DNA of 20,458 nucleotides from Myxococcota bacterium (GCA_040752415.1 JBFMGU010000192.1:1-20458); one strand, 5' to 3'; shown: positions 7,102 through 16,508, counted from the stretch's first letter. Translations and numbers: made by a program. Notes: generated from the letters alone by a model not told the origin.

Positions 7102-10100
7102 ATGGGCTTCTTGCGCTCCGCGGCCGCATGCGTGGCGACGTTGATGCTGGGATGCACGCTGGCGTGTCTCCCCGCCACCCCGTGCCGCAGCGACGACGAC
7201 TGCGCCGTGTTCTACACGTGCGAGGCTGGCCGGTGTCGTCCCCCCGTCGGGAGCAACCCGCCTTCCCAGGGCGGTCCGGGCGGCGGCAGCTCGAGTGGTG
7301 GAGGAAGCTCGTCGGGCAGCTCGTCGTCGAGCGGTGGCGGCGTCACCGCGGTGGCGGAGCTGTCGACGGGAGTCACCGCGCTCTACCGTGGTGAGGAAAG
7401 CGCCGCGGTCAACGTGCGCGTCACCAACAACAGCGGTGAGACGTTGGCGGTCCAGCAGCTCGCCATCACCATCGAAACGCAGGGCGGCGGAGAGGCTCCC
7501 GTCGTCGTCACCAGCGTGGTTCCGGCGGGCCCCAGCTCGGTGGCCGCCGGTACCGAGATGGTCTGGACCGTCACACTCAACGTGCCGTCGCGCGCGGAGC
7601 TTGCGCAGTCCTTCCACATCATCGTCGATCTGACGCCGCCCGAGGGTGAGGTGCTCCGCCTGGATGCCGGAGAGGTGGTCATCGTTCCCGCGCCCGTCAC
7701 GCTCGAGGAGGTGGCGCCGGTATCCCGCGGACTGGTGGTGGGAGAGCGGGCGCTCTTCACGGTCCTCGTCCTGTTGGACGCGGCACACCCCAATGACGCT
7801 CTCATCCACGACGTGTCCGTTGCGTTGGGAACGGAAACTCCCGTCGTCACCACGGTGGAGGAGGACGTGGGGCCGGGCAGCGCGGAGCGTTTCTTCCTGT
7901 CCGTCACCGTGCCGGATTCCGTGGCGCTCCTCCAGGGCCGCGCGAGGGTCACGCTGGAAGGCGCCACGGAGCGCACCGTCGTCATCACGCGCTCGGTTCC
8001 AGCGGTGTTGCTGGGCACGCCGTCCATCACGCTTCACGGCCGCACCAGCACCCGCGCTGACGCGTGCCAGGTGTTCGAGTACTCCGTCACCCAGGCGGAA
8101 GCGGAGCCGGTGGACCTGCGCGTTGAGTATTCTCCCGACGCGGAACCGCCATCCTGGCGTCACGCCACCCCCGCCGCGGGCTTCCTCGCGGTGCTCGGTT
8201 CGGTATTCGACGGGTCGGGAATCCATGCGGTCTCCTCCAGCAGCGAAGGACGGCCGCACCGGTTCCTCTGGGACCGCACGCGCGACCTGGGGATGGATGC
8301 CACCGCGGTGCGCCTGCGTGTGGTCCCCATCCTCCACGGCGTGTCGTTTCCACCGTCGGAAATCACGGTGGACGTCGACCCCGCCACGCGGCTTTGTGGA
8401 ACGGACCTGGATCTCCCCCGCCAGCTGCACACCGCCACCGCCACGTCGGGGCTCGTGACGTTCCGCGCCGGCGACGGCAACCTGCATCTCGCCGTGGGCC
8501 ACACCTCCACCAACGGCGCACTCGGTCGCACACATCTCAACCGCGGCGCCGGGTACTTCCACAGTGGCGCCAACGTCCTGCTCCCGGACGCCAGCGCCGC
8601 CGCGCTCACCGCCGCGGACACGGACGGCGACAGCGTCGACGAGCTCTACTTCGCCGCCGTCGCTCCCTCGGGGACCGTGGTGGTTTCCACGGTTGGCTCC
8701 GAGTCGGTCTTCCTCGGCACGGAGACCGTCGTCGCCCGCAACGAGCGTCCCGTGACGGATTGCGCTCCCTTCTTCCTGGATGTGCTGCCCCCGCCAGTCG
8801 CTCCCACCCTTCTCGTGGGGTGCGCCACCGACGTGGGGCGCGACCTGGTGATCCTGCCACTGGATCAGACGGAGGCTCCCACCCGCCATTCCTTCAACGA
8901 CATCACCGCCGTGACCACCGCCGACTTCGACGCTGACGGCATGCCCGACCTCCTCGTGGGAGGCACCACCCCAACCATGGACGGGTCCATCCTCCTGCTC
9001 GGCTCCGTCAGCGACACCGGCGCCTTCGAGGTGGACCTGGAGGCCGGAGCGGCGGTGGGGCCGTCCACCGCGCTCTCCTACGCCGTGGGTGACCTCGACG
9101 CGGACGGCGACCCGGACGTGGTGGTCAACCACGGCACCACGCTGCAACTGATCGTGAATGACGGTGGGTCCCTCGACGAGATCATCGGCAATCCGCTCGT
9201 CGACGTTCCCGTGGGGGACCTCATCAACGGTGTGTCCGTTGCGGACCTCAACAACGACGGACGCCTGGACCTCGTGTACCTCCACCACCCCGCGCCCATG
9301 GAGCAGTCGGATCGCGTCGGCGTGAGGATGGGGCGCGAGGGTACCAGCGTCAGGCTGGACGCGGCGGGAGACTTCGCGGCCGGGCAGGAGGTGCGTGCGC
9401 TCGTGGTGGAGGACGTCACCGGAGACCGGATTCCCGACGCGGTAGTCCTGGATGACAACGGAAACGGAGACCGCGGCACCATCCAGGTCCTGGTGGGAAG
9501 CATCTCCGACGACGGAGACTGGACCACCGGCGCGCCCCTCTCCACCTTGCCACTCGGCCAGACCGAGCCCGGGCGCGTCCTCCTCCGCAACGGCACCGCA
9601 ACCTTCCCCACCACCAGCGGACTGGGCGCGGCCGGCGTCCACTCCGAGGATCTCTCCCTGGAACCGCTCGGTGAAACAGGCCTGCTGGAGGGCAATGAGG
9701 CTCACTGGCTGTTCGCGGTGGGTGACTCGGATGCCAACGTCGCCGGTGAGGAGGTCGCCATCGTCACCGTCGACGACCAGGCGGTGTACCGGTTGCACGT
9801 CCTCAGCGGGACGACGACCCAGAACACCGTCACGCTGAGCGGGGGAACGCCCGTGGCGCTGGTCATGGGCACCTTCGGGAGCGACGACACCGGGGTGTTC
9901 GTGATCCTGGAGACCGGCGGAGACGCTGCCGCCACGGTGGTCGAGCAGTACGCAGGCGGCGGTGGTGGCACGCCACTCGCCACGACGCAGATCGAGGACT
10001 TCCGCGCCCAGGGCGCCCTGCTCACCCCCACCGATCCCACGCACATCATCATCACCGGCGAGGGTACGGGCGCACGCGGAGACCAGGGCGCGCTGGCGGT

Positions 10101-10578
10101 GCGCGTCTTCCAGGACGTGAACGCTGGGCTGACCTCCGGGACGGCCGTGCCGCTGGGCCCGTTCTCCGACAACCGTCACGTCATGCTCCATCCCACCGAG
10201 TTCCCCTCGGATCCCCTCGGGCCGCTCCCTCGCATGGTGATTGGTCACGCGGAGGGCTCCTTCCTCACCGTTCATCAGCCGGGTCAGCAGCCCCTCACGC
10301 TGTTCACCGGCCTCTCCGTCGACCAGCTCGGATTCCAGGACGTGAACCGCGACGGCACGCCGGACATCCTCGCGGTGTCGTCGGGCTCCAACACGCTCTC
10401 CCTGTTCCTCGGCATTCCGTCGGACTCGCTGCAGTTCATCGCGGAGCCCATCTACCTGTTCCCCGGCGCCGCTCCTCGCGGGCTTCTGGTCCAGCAGTTC
10501 GACAGCACCCCGCCCGACGAGGTCATCATCTCGTTGGGCGCCGACGCCTCCCTGGTCCTGCTCTCGCCCGCGCGCTGA
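7102..10578 (+). CDS. Large FG-GAP/VCBS-repeat lipoprotein (putative Ca-binding beta-propeller adhesin)
   Basis: GGAGG RBS and a lipoprotein-like signal. Cys motif CRSDDDC..CEAGRC and a Ser/Gly linker follow. Repeats: ADTDGDSVDEL, ADFDADGMPDL, GDLDADGDPDV, ADLNNDGRLDL, EDVTGDRIPDA, QDVNRDGTPDI. Confidence 0.85.
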   Translation: MGFLRSAAACVATLMLGCTLACLPATPCRSDDDCAVFYTCEAGRCRPPVGSNPPSQGGPGGGSSSGGGSSSGSSSSSGGGVTAVAELSTGVTALYRGEESAAVNVRVTNNSGETLAVQQLAITIETQGGGEAPVVVTSVVPAGPSSVAAGTEMVWTVTLNVPSRAELAQSFHIIVDLTPPEGEVLRLDAGEVVIVPAPVTLEEVAPVSRGLVVGERALFTVLVLLDAAHPNDALIHDVSVALGTETPVVTTVEEDVGPGSAERFFLSVTVPDSVALLQGRARVTLEGATERTVVITRSVPAVLLGTPSITLHGRTSTRADACQVFEYSVTQAEAEPVDLRVEYSPDAEPPSWRHATPAAGFLAVLGSVFDGSGIHAVSSSSEGRPHRFLWDRTRDLGMDATAVRLRVVPILHGVSFPPSEITVDVDPATRLCGTDLDLPRQLHTATATSGLVTFRAGDGNLHLAVGHTSTNGALGRTHLNRGAGYFHSGANVLLPDASAAALTAADTDGDSVDELYFAAVAPSGTVVVSTVGSESVFLGTETVVARNERPVTDCAPFFLDVLPPPVAPTLLVGCATDVGRDLVILPLDQTEAPTRHSFNDITAVTTADFDADGMPDLLVGGTTPTMDGSILLLGSVSDTGAFEVDLEAGAAVGPSTALSYAVGDLDADGDPDVVVNHGTTLQLIVNDGGSLDEIIGNPLVDVPVGDLINGVSVADLNNDGRLDLVYLHHPAPMEQSDRVGVRMGREGTSVRLDAAGDFAAGQEVRALVVEDVTGDRIPDAVVLDDNGNGDRGTIQVLVGSISDDGDWTTGAPLSTLPLGQTEPGRVLLRNGTATFPTTSGLGAAGVHSEDLSLEPLGETGLLEGNEAHWLFAVGDSDANVAGEEVAIVTVDDQAVYRLHVLSGTTTQNTVTLSGGTPVALVMGTFGSDDTGVFVILETGGDAAATVVEQYAGGGGGTPLATTQIEDFRAQGALLTPTDPTHIIITGEGTGARGDQGALAVRVFQDVNAGLTSGTAVPLGPFSDNRHVMLHPTEFPSDPLGPLPRMVIGHAEGSFLTVHQPGQQPLTLFTGLSVDQLGFQDVNRDGTPDILAVSSGSNTLSLFLGIPSDSLQFIAEPIYLFPGAAPRGLLVQQFDSTPPDEVIISLGADASLVLLSPAR

Positions 10579-10583
10579 AGGGG

Positions 10584-10612
10584 TTGCCAACACCCGCCCG
10601 CGCTCTTACGGA
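10584..10612 (+). promoter_or_regulatory. Putative promoter for mnmG (leaderless arrangement)
   Basis: TTGCCA-N17-TACGGA, then 7 nt to GTG 10620. Confidence 0.35.
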
Positions 10613-10619
10613 AGCCGCC

Positions 10620-12515
10620 GTGCGCAAGGTCCTCCTCACCGCCCGATATGACGCCATTGTCGTTGGCGCAGGCCACGCCGGCATCGAGGCCGCGCTGGCG
10701 CTGAGCCGCACCGGTCACCGCACGCTGTTGATGACGCTCTCGCTGGACCGCGTGGGCGCCATGAGCTGCAACCCGGCCATTGGCGGCGTGGGCAAGGGCC
10801 AGCTGGTCAAGGAGATCGACGCGCTGGGCGGAGAGATGGCCCGCGCCGCCGACGCCACCGCCATCCAGTTCCGCACGCTCAACGCCAGCAAGGGCCCCGC
10901 CGTCCAGTCCACGCGCTGCCAGAGCGACATGTGGCGCTACAGCCGTTACATGACCTCCGTCGTCGAGAATGCGCCGGGACTGGTGCTGCGCCAGGGCAGC
11001 GTGGAGGAGATCCTCCTGGACGCCGGGCGCGGCTGCGTGCGCGGTGTGCTCACGTCGCTGGGTGAGGAGTTCCTGGCGCCCGTCGTCATCCTGACCACCG
11101 GCACGTTCCTGCAGGGGCGGATGCACCAGGGTGAGGTGAACCGGCCCGGAGGTCGCGCGGGTGAGGCTGCCGCGCACGGGCTCAGCGAGTCCCTGCGCGC
11201 CCTGGGTTTCCCGCTGCGCCGGATGAAGACGGGCACCTGCCCCCGCTTGGACGCGCGCACCATCGACTTCAGCTCCCTCGAGGTGCAGCCGCCGGAGACG
11301 CCGCGTCCCTTTGCGCTGGAGCCCGCCCACGTCCCGCTGCCGCAGGTGCCCTGCTACCTCACGTACACCAACCGCCACGTGCACGACGCCATCCGGGGCG
11401 GCCTGGACCGCAGCCCGCTCTTCACCGGCGTCATCGAGGGCGTGGGACCGCGCTACTGCCCATCCATCGAGGACAAGGTGGTGCGTTTCCCGGACAAGGA
11501 GCGGCACCACATCTTCCTGGAGCCGGAGGGGCTGGACGGCCGGGAGATCTACCCCAACGGGCTGTCCACCAGCCTCCCCATCGACGTGCAGCTGGCCTTC
11601 CTGCGCCAGATCCCCGGCCTGGAGAACGTGGAGGTGCAGCGCTGGGGCTACGCCGTGGAATACGACATGATTCCCGCCGTGGAGCTCCACGCCACGCTGG
11701 AGTCGCGACGCATCCCCGGCCTCTTCCTCGCCGGACAGATCAACGGGACCAGCGGGTACGAGGAGGCCGCGGGCCAGGGCCTGTGGGCGGGCATCAACGC
11801 CTCGCTGAAGCTGCGCGGGCTGGCGCCCATGACGCTGCGTCGGGACCAGGCCTACCTCGGCGTCATGGTGACCGATCTCATCGAGCGGGATCACACCGAG
11901 CCCTACCGCATGCTCACCAGCCGCGCGGAGCACCGCCTGTGGCTGGGGGAGGACAGCGCGCAGGCCCGCCTGGCGGAGGTAGGTCACGCCGTGGGTCTCG
12001 TCGACGGGGCGCGCCGCTCCCGCGTCCAGGAACGGGAGGCGCGACTGCAGGCCGTGCGCAGGCACCTGGACACCCGCACGCTGCATCCCTCCGACGCGCA
12101 GAACCAGGCCCTCACCGCGCTGGGGCTCACCCCGCTCAGCATCTCCATGCCGCTGGCCGCGCTGGCCCGTCGGCCGCAGGTCTCCGCCGAACACCTGGCC
12201 GCGCTGGATCCCACCTTCGCGGAGCTGCCCGCCGCGGACCGCCACCGGCTCCTGTGTGAGGTCCGCTATGAGGGCTACCGCGCCAATGACGCCGAGGCCC
12301 TGCGACGCCTGCGCGCCATGGAGGCCCTGACGCTCCCGCCCCGGCTGCAGAACGGTGAGGTGCCCGGGCTCTCGCATGAGGTCGCGGAGAAGCTGCGTCG
12401 CCACCGCCCCGCCACCTTGGCCCAGGCCGCGCAGATTCCCGGCATCACCCCCGCGGCCCTGGCCATCCTGGCCGTGCACCTGCGGCGGGAGACCTCGGAC
12501 GTTCCACAAGCTTGA
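10620..12515 (+). CDS. mnmG: tRNA uridine-5-carboxymethylaminomethyl(34) synthesis enzyme MnmG (GidA)
   Basis: GAGHAG, SCNPAIGG, KGPAV, KTGTCPR, GPRYCPSIEDK, GQINGTSGYEEAAGQG and PYRMLTSRAE. The start codon is uncertain (GTG 10620 preferred). Confidence 0.97.
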   Translation: MRKVLLTARYDAIVVGAGHAGIEAALALSRTGHRTLLMTLSLDRVGAMSCNPAIGGVGKGQLVKEIDALGGEMARAADATAIQFRTLNASKGPAVQSTRCQSDMWRYSRYMTSVVENAPGLVLRQGSVEEILLDAGRGCVRGVLTSLGEEFLAPVVILTTGTFLQGRMHQGEVNRPGGRAGEAAAHGLSESLRALGFPLRRMKTGTCPRLDARTIDFSSLEVQPPETPRPFALEPAHVPLPQVPCYLTYTNRHVHDAIRGGLDRSPLFTGVIEGVGPRYCPSIEDKVVRFPDKERHHIFLEPEGLDGREIYPNGLSTSLPIDVQLAFLRQIPGLENVEVQRWGYAVEYDMIPAVELHATLESRRIPGLFLAGQINGTSGYEEAAGQGLWAGINASLKLRGLAPMTLRRDQAYLGVMVTDLIERDHTEPYRMLTSRAEHRLWLGEDSAQARLAEVGHAVGLVDGARRSRVQEREARLQAVRRHLDTRTLHPSDAQNQALTALGLTPLSISMPLAALARRPQVSAEHLAALDPTFAELPAADRHRLLCEVRYEGYRANDAEALRRLRAMEALTLPPRLQNGEVPGLSHEVAEKLRRHRPATLAQAAQIPGITPAALAILAVHLRRETSDVPQA

Positions 12516-12594
12516 GGCGGCTCAGGACGGGCTGGTAGGGTGCCCGACGGTCATGGCTCCCGCCGCCTGCGAGGAGCCCGAGGGGTTCCGCCGG

Positions 12595-13080
12595 ATGGCG
12601 CAGGGTCCAGACTTGGCGCTGGTCTTTGACCTGGGTGGAGACCTGTACGCGCTCCCCGCCGCTGACGTCTTCAAGGTCGTGGAGCTGGGCACCCTCTCCA
12701 TCCTTCCCCGACTCCCGGACGCCATCCGGGGCATCAGCCACCACCGCGGCCGCGTCATCACCGTGGTGGACATGGCCCGCCTGATGGGTGGCGTTCAGGT
12801 GCCCATTGATGGCAAGAATCGCCTGGTGCTGTTGGAGAAGGGTGGCCGCAACGTGGGGCTTCTGACCGGACCGGTGGAGGAGATCGTCCCGCTGGACCCC
12901 AGCACCGGCAACCCGCCGGGGCGCGAGGGCGGTCTGGTGGTCCGGCTCCATCTCCACCGCGGCAAGGCCCTCAACGCGCTCTCCACGGAGCGGCTGCTCC
13001 AGCGCATCTACGGTCTGTGCAAACCAGACACTGTCGCACCGGTACGTCGAGCGCTGTCCGTTGCGCCCGTCATGTCGTAA
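12595..13080 (+). CDS. cheW: CheW-family coupling protein (DifC-like)
   Basis: LVFDLGGDLYALP, LPRLPDAIRGISHHRGRVITVVDM and VGLLTGPVEEI. An alternative ATG exists at 12553. Confidence 0.88.
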   Translation: MAQGPDLALVFDLGGDLYALPAADVFKVVELGTLSILPRLPDAIRGISHHRGRVITVVDMARLMGGVQVPIDGKNRLVLLEKGGRNVGLLTGPVEEIVPLDPSTGNPPGREGGLVVRLHLHRGKALNALSTERLLQRIYGLCKPDTVAPVRRALSVAPVMS

Positions 13081-13113
13081 GGAACGCAGGATCCTCAGGA
13101 GGCTTCACGCACC

Positions 13114-13482
13114 ATGCCCACCACCGTGCTCATTGTTGATGACGCCGTGTTCATGCGGAACATGATCAAGGACATTTTTGCGGGTGGTGACTTCGAGATC
13201 GTCGGAGAGGCATCCAACGGCGTGGAGGCGGTGGAGAAGCACCGGGACCTCAAGCCCGACCTGACCACCATGGACATCGTCATGCCGTTCAAGAGCGGCA
13301 TCGAGGCCACCAAGGAGATCCTCCTGGAGAATCCCAAGGCGGTCATCGTCATGTGCTCCGCGCTGGGGCAGGAATCCCTGGTGATGGAAGCCATTGAGGC
13401 CGGAGCCGCGGACTTCATCGTCAAGCCGTTCAAGGGTGAGGACGTGCTGGCGGTGGTGCGCAAGGTGCTGGGCAAGGCCTGA
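13114..13482 (+). CDS. cheY: CheY-like single-domain response regulator (DifD-like)
   Basis: VDDAVFMRNMIKDIF, PDLTTMDIVMPFKSG, CSALGQE and FIVKPF. It closely resembles myxobacterial DifD as I recall it. Confidence 0.95.
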   Translation: MPTTVLIVDDAVFMRNMIKDIFAGGDFEIVGEASNGVEAVEKHRDLKPDLTTMDIVMPFKSGIEATKEILLENPKAVIVMCSALGQESLVMEAIEAGAADFIVKPFKGEDVLAVVRKVLGKA

Positions 13483-13549
13483 CGCCCTGAGGGTGTGCGG
13501 CCGCCGTTCCTCGCGGCTGCACGCTGGCGTCGGACCGCTCGCGGGACAA

Positions 13550-15715
13550 ATGGGCATGGATCTCTCCAAGTACCGCGCCCTCTTCGTCACGGAATCCCGC
13601 GAGCACCTGGAAGGCATTTCCCGGGACCTGCTTGCGCTCGAGCGCACGCCAGGTGACCGCGCCCTCCTGGACAACCTGTTCCGCCACGCCCACTCCCTCA
13701 AGGGCATGGCCGCGTCCATGGGCTACGAGTCCTTTGCCCTGCTCTCCCACAAGCTGGAGGACATTGCGGACGTGGCGCGGCGGGGCGTGTCGTTTGACCA
13801 GCAGGCCGTGGACCTCTGGCTCACCGGCGCCGACGCGCTGACGGACATGGTGGGTCTCGTCGAGAGCGGGCGGGAAGCGGAGATGGCCGTCCCGGCGCCG
13901 CTGATGGAGCAGATTGTCCAGAAGGCGGCCGCCATGCTCCAGCAGGCCCCGCCCTCCGCCAACGCCACGCAGCTGAGACTCACGCCGGTGGTTGCTCCGC
14001 CGCCGCGTCCCCCGCCGCCCAGCACGGCGGAAATGCCCACGCCCTCCCGCTCGGAGACGCACACCCCGCCGCTGCTGCGCGCCGTCCCCGACCCCGCGCG
14101 CACCACCGACCCGTCGCTGCCCGCCGTTGCGCCCATCCCCGGTGCGCGCACGCAGGTCATGACCGCGGTGGCCGCGCCGGAGGTCCCCAACGGCACGCTC
14201 ACCATGCCGGCCGTGTCGGCGCGGGAGTGGCTGCTCACCGTCGTCATCGGGGAGCAGTCGGCCACGCCGCACGTGCGCGCGTTCCTGGTGCACAAGCGCG
14301 TCAGTGAGAAGACCGAGGTTGTCGACGTCACGCCGCCGATCGCGGACGTGCGTCGCGGGGTGCTGCCGGAGCGCACGTTGAGGATGCGCGTGAAGGGCGC
14401 GTTGGAGCCGGCGGCGCTGGAATCCCTGGTGCGCTCCATCCCCGACGTGGCCACCTGCACGGTGGCGCCGCTGGCTCCCGCCGCTCCCACCGCGCCCGCG
14501 CCCGGTGCCGCCGCGCGCCCTGCCGCCCCCGACGCTGCCGCCGCCCGCACCGTCCGCGTGCGCACCGAGCTGCTGGACGAGCTCATCGACTCCGTGGGTG
14601 AGATCATGCTGGCGCGCGCGCGTCTGCGGGACGTGGCCAACCGCCTGGACGACGCCGACCTCATCGACCTCGCCGACGAGTTCACGCGTCTAAGCCAGGG
14701 CCTGCACGAGCGGGTGATGAGCGCGCGCATGACGCCGGTGAGCCTGGTGACGGACCGCCTGCCGCGCGTGGTGAGGGACCTGTCCAAGAAGCGCGGCCGC
14801 GACGTGAACTTCCGCATCGAGGGCGCGGGCATTGAGCTGGACCGCGCGGTGCTGGATGAGCTGCATGATCCGGTGCTGCACCTGGTGCGCAACGCGGTGG
14901 ATCACGCGCATGAGGGGAACGCGGAGCGCGTGGCGGCGGGCAAGAGCGCCACCATGCAGCTCACCCTGTCCGCCACCAGGGACCGCGACCACGTCCTCAT
15001 CGAGGTCACCGACGACGGCAAGGGCATGGACCCGCGGAAGCTGCGCCAGGCAGCCATTGCCAAGGGTGTGATCAGCCCGGAGGCCGCGGAGGCCATGACG
15101 GACCAGGAGGCGCTGGAGCTGGTGTGTCGGCCGGGTTTCTCCACGGCGGAGACGGTGAACGACACCTCCGGCCGCGGCGTGGGAATGGACGCGGTGCGCG
15201 CCACGGTGGAGCACCTGGGCGGGCAGCTGCTCATTGTGTCCACGGTGGGCAAGGGCACCACGTTCACGCTGCGCCTGCCGCTGACGGTGGCCATCATCCG
15301 CGTGCTGCTGGTGAGCGCGGGGAGCGCGGAGTCGGTGTACGCGCTGCCGCTGATGCGCGTGGACCATGCGCAGGACTTCGACCCCGGCAAGGTGGTGCTG
15401 AGCCAGGGGATGCGCCTGTACCCGGTGGGGGACGGGTTGGCGCCGCTGAGAGACCTGGGGGACCTCTTGGGGTGGCCGGTGAAGGCGCAGGTGACGGGGG
15501 GTGGCGTGGTGGTGCTGGAGCGACAGTACCGCCCGCTGGCGGTGCGGGTGGACCGCATCCTGGGGCAGCAGGAGGTGGTGGTGAAGCCGCTGGGCGAGCC
15601 GCTGGCCTCGGTGCCGTTCCTGTCCGGCTCCGCGTTGCTCGCGGACGGACGCCCTGCCTACATCCTGGATGTTGCCAAGCTGATGGTCGTGGCGGAAGCT
15701 TCTGCGGCCGCCTGA
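13550..15715 (+). CDS. cheA: Chemotaxis histidine kinase CheA (DifE-like)
   Basis: Hpt FRHAHSLKGMA, Pro-rich linker, P2-like domain, TVRVRTELLD dimerisation region, LVRNAVDH, DDGKGMD, PGFSTA, SGRGVGMD and a C-terminal CheW domain. Start is 13550 or 13556. Confidence 0.96.
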   Translation: MGMDLSKYRALFVTESREHLEGISRDLLALERTPGDRALLDNLFRHAHSLKGMAASMGYESFALLSHKLEDIADVARRGVSFDQQAVDLWLTGADALTDMVGLVESGREAEMAVPAPLMEQIVQKAAAMLQQAPPSANATQLRLTPVVAPPPRPPPPSTAEMPTPSRSETHTPPLLRAVPDPARTTDPSLPAVAPIPGARTQVMTAVAAPEVPNGTLTMPAVSAREWLLTVVIGEQSATPHVRAFLVHKRVSEKTEVVDVTPPIADVRRGVLPERTLRMRVKGALEPAALESLVRSIPDVATCTVAPLAPAAPTAPAPGAAARPAAPDAAAARTVRVRTELLDELIDSVGEIMLARARLRDVANRLDDADLIDLADEFTRLSQGLHERVMSARMTPVSLVTDRLPRVVRDLSKKRGRDVNFRIEGAGIELDRAVLDELHDPVLHLVRNAVDHAHEGNAERVAAGKSATMQLTLSATRDRDHVLIEVTDDGKGMDPRKLRQAAIAKGVISPEAAEAMTDQEALELVCRPGFSTAETVNDTSGRGVGMDAVRATVEHLGGQLLIVSTVGKGTTFTLRLPLTVAIIRVLLVSAGSAESVYALPLMRVDHAQDFDPGKVVLSQGMRLYPVGDGLAPLRDLGDLLGWPVKAQVTGGGVVVLERQYRPLAVRVDRILGQQEVVVKPLGEPLASVPFLSGSALLADGRPAYILDVAKLMVVAEASAAA

Positions 15716-15724
15716 GGAGAGCCA

Positions 15725-16357
15725 GTGACCGGACCCAGAACGCTTCGCGAGCTCAGCCATGCTGACAGCCAGGCCCTGTTTGCCATCACGCAACAGGCGG
15801 CGCAGCGCGCGGCCCGCTCGCTTTCTCTGCTCCTGGGACTGCCGGACACCACGCTGCAGGCGGAAAAGTTTGCCGTGGGTGGTCCCGCGGAGGTGGCGGC
15901 GGCGCTGGGACCGGAGCAGGCGCTGGCCGTGATGTTCCGCTTGGCGGGCGGGGTGAACGGCCGGCTCTGGCTGGTGGCGCCGCAGACGGACATGCTGACG
16001 CTCGCCGCGCGCCTGCTCGGCACGCCGGACAACCCGCCCAAGAAGCTGGACGACCCTTCCCGTGGCGCGCTGGCGGAAGCCGGCAACGTGGTGGCCAGCA
16101 GCTTCCTCAACGTGTTCGGCGACGCGCTCCGCGAGGTCTGCTTCCCCTCCGTCCCCGACGTGCGCGACGCGCCCTCCTCCCTCCTGAGCCGCCTGGCGCT
16201 GGACCTGACGCAGGCGGTGGGATTGATCCGCGTGGTGGGTGAGGTGAAGCCGCCGCTGCGCAGCACGCTGCTGTGGTCGCCTGATCCGCTCTCGCTGGAA
16301 GCGTTGGTGAACGCGGTGCACGCGGCCAACGCGCGCGGTGGCGCCCAGGCGCGCTGA
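15725..16357 (+). CDS. cheC: CheC-family phosphatase (DifG-like)
   Basis: GAGGAG RBS before GTG, ALAEAGNVVASSFLN (ExxN motif) and PSVP. It lies directly after cheA. Confidence 0.82.
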   Translation: MTGPRTLRELSHADSQALFAITQQAAQRAARSLSLLLGLPDTTLQAEKFAVGGPAEVAAALGPEQALAVMFRLAGGVNGRLWLVAPQTDMLTLAARLLGTPDNPPKKLDDPSRGALAEAGNVVASSFLNVFGDALREVCFPSVPDVRDAPSSLLSRLALDLTQAVGLIRVVGEVKPPLRSTLLWSPDPLSLEALVNAVHAANARGGAQAR

Positions 16358-16385
16358 GCGCGATTTTTCGTCGTCATCGAGAGCC

Positions 16386-16431
16386 AGAAACACAAAGGCC
16401 CCGCGATTTCTCGCGAGGCCCTTGTTTTCTT
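16386..16431. terminator. Bidirectional intrinsic terminator between cheC and the tRNA genes
   Basis: Minus-strand hairpin GGCCTCGCGA-GAAA-TCGCGGGGCC followed by TTTGTGTTTCT. On the plus strand it is followed by CTTGTTTTCTT. Confidence 0.85.
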
Positions 16432-16434
16432 CTG

Positions 16435-16508
16435 CGCGCCCGGGGTGATTCGAACACCCGACCCCCGGATTCGTAGTCCGATGCTCTATCCAGCTGAGCT
16501 ACGGGCGC
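16435..16508 (-). tRNA. tRNA-Arg (ACG), CCA not encoded
   Basis: GCGCCCG acceptor stem, D-arm GCTCAGCTGGATAGAGC, anticodon loop CT-ACG-AA and T-arm GGGTG-TTCGAAT-CACCC. Confidence 0.97.

Noticed and set aside
7281..7341. Low-complexity Ser/Gly repeat and Pro-rich tracts (also 6645-6770 and 13945-14200)
   Set aside because: These are explained as protein linkers within coding regions, not independent DNA repeats.
7075..10593. Very long antisense or alternate-frame ORFs (e.g. 7075-10593 -, 10452-12509 -, 1509-3557 +, 16557-18422 +, 14690-16393 -)
   Set aside because: These are shadow ORFs expected opposite GC3-rich genes. They have no recognisable motifs and fully overlap better-supported genes.
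10579..10619. oriC upstream of mnmG
   Set aside because: The gap is only 41 bp and GC-rich, with no DnaA boxes or AT-rich unwinding element. GTTCCACA at 12501 is a single poor match inside the CDS.
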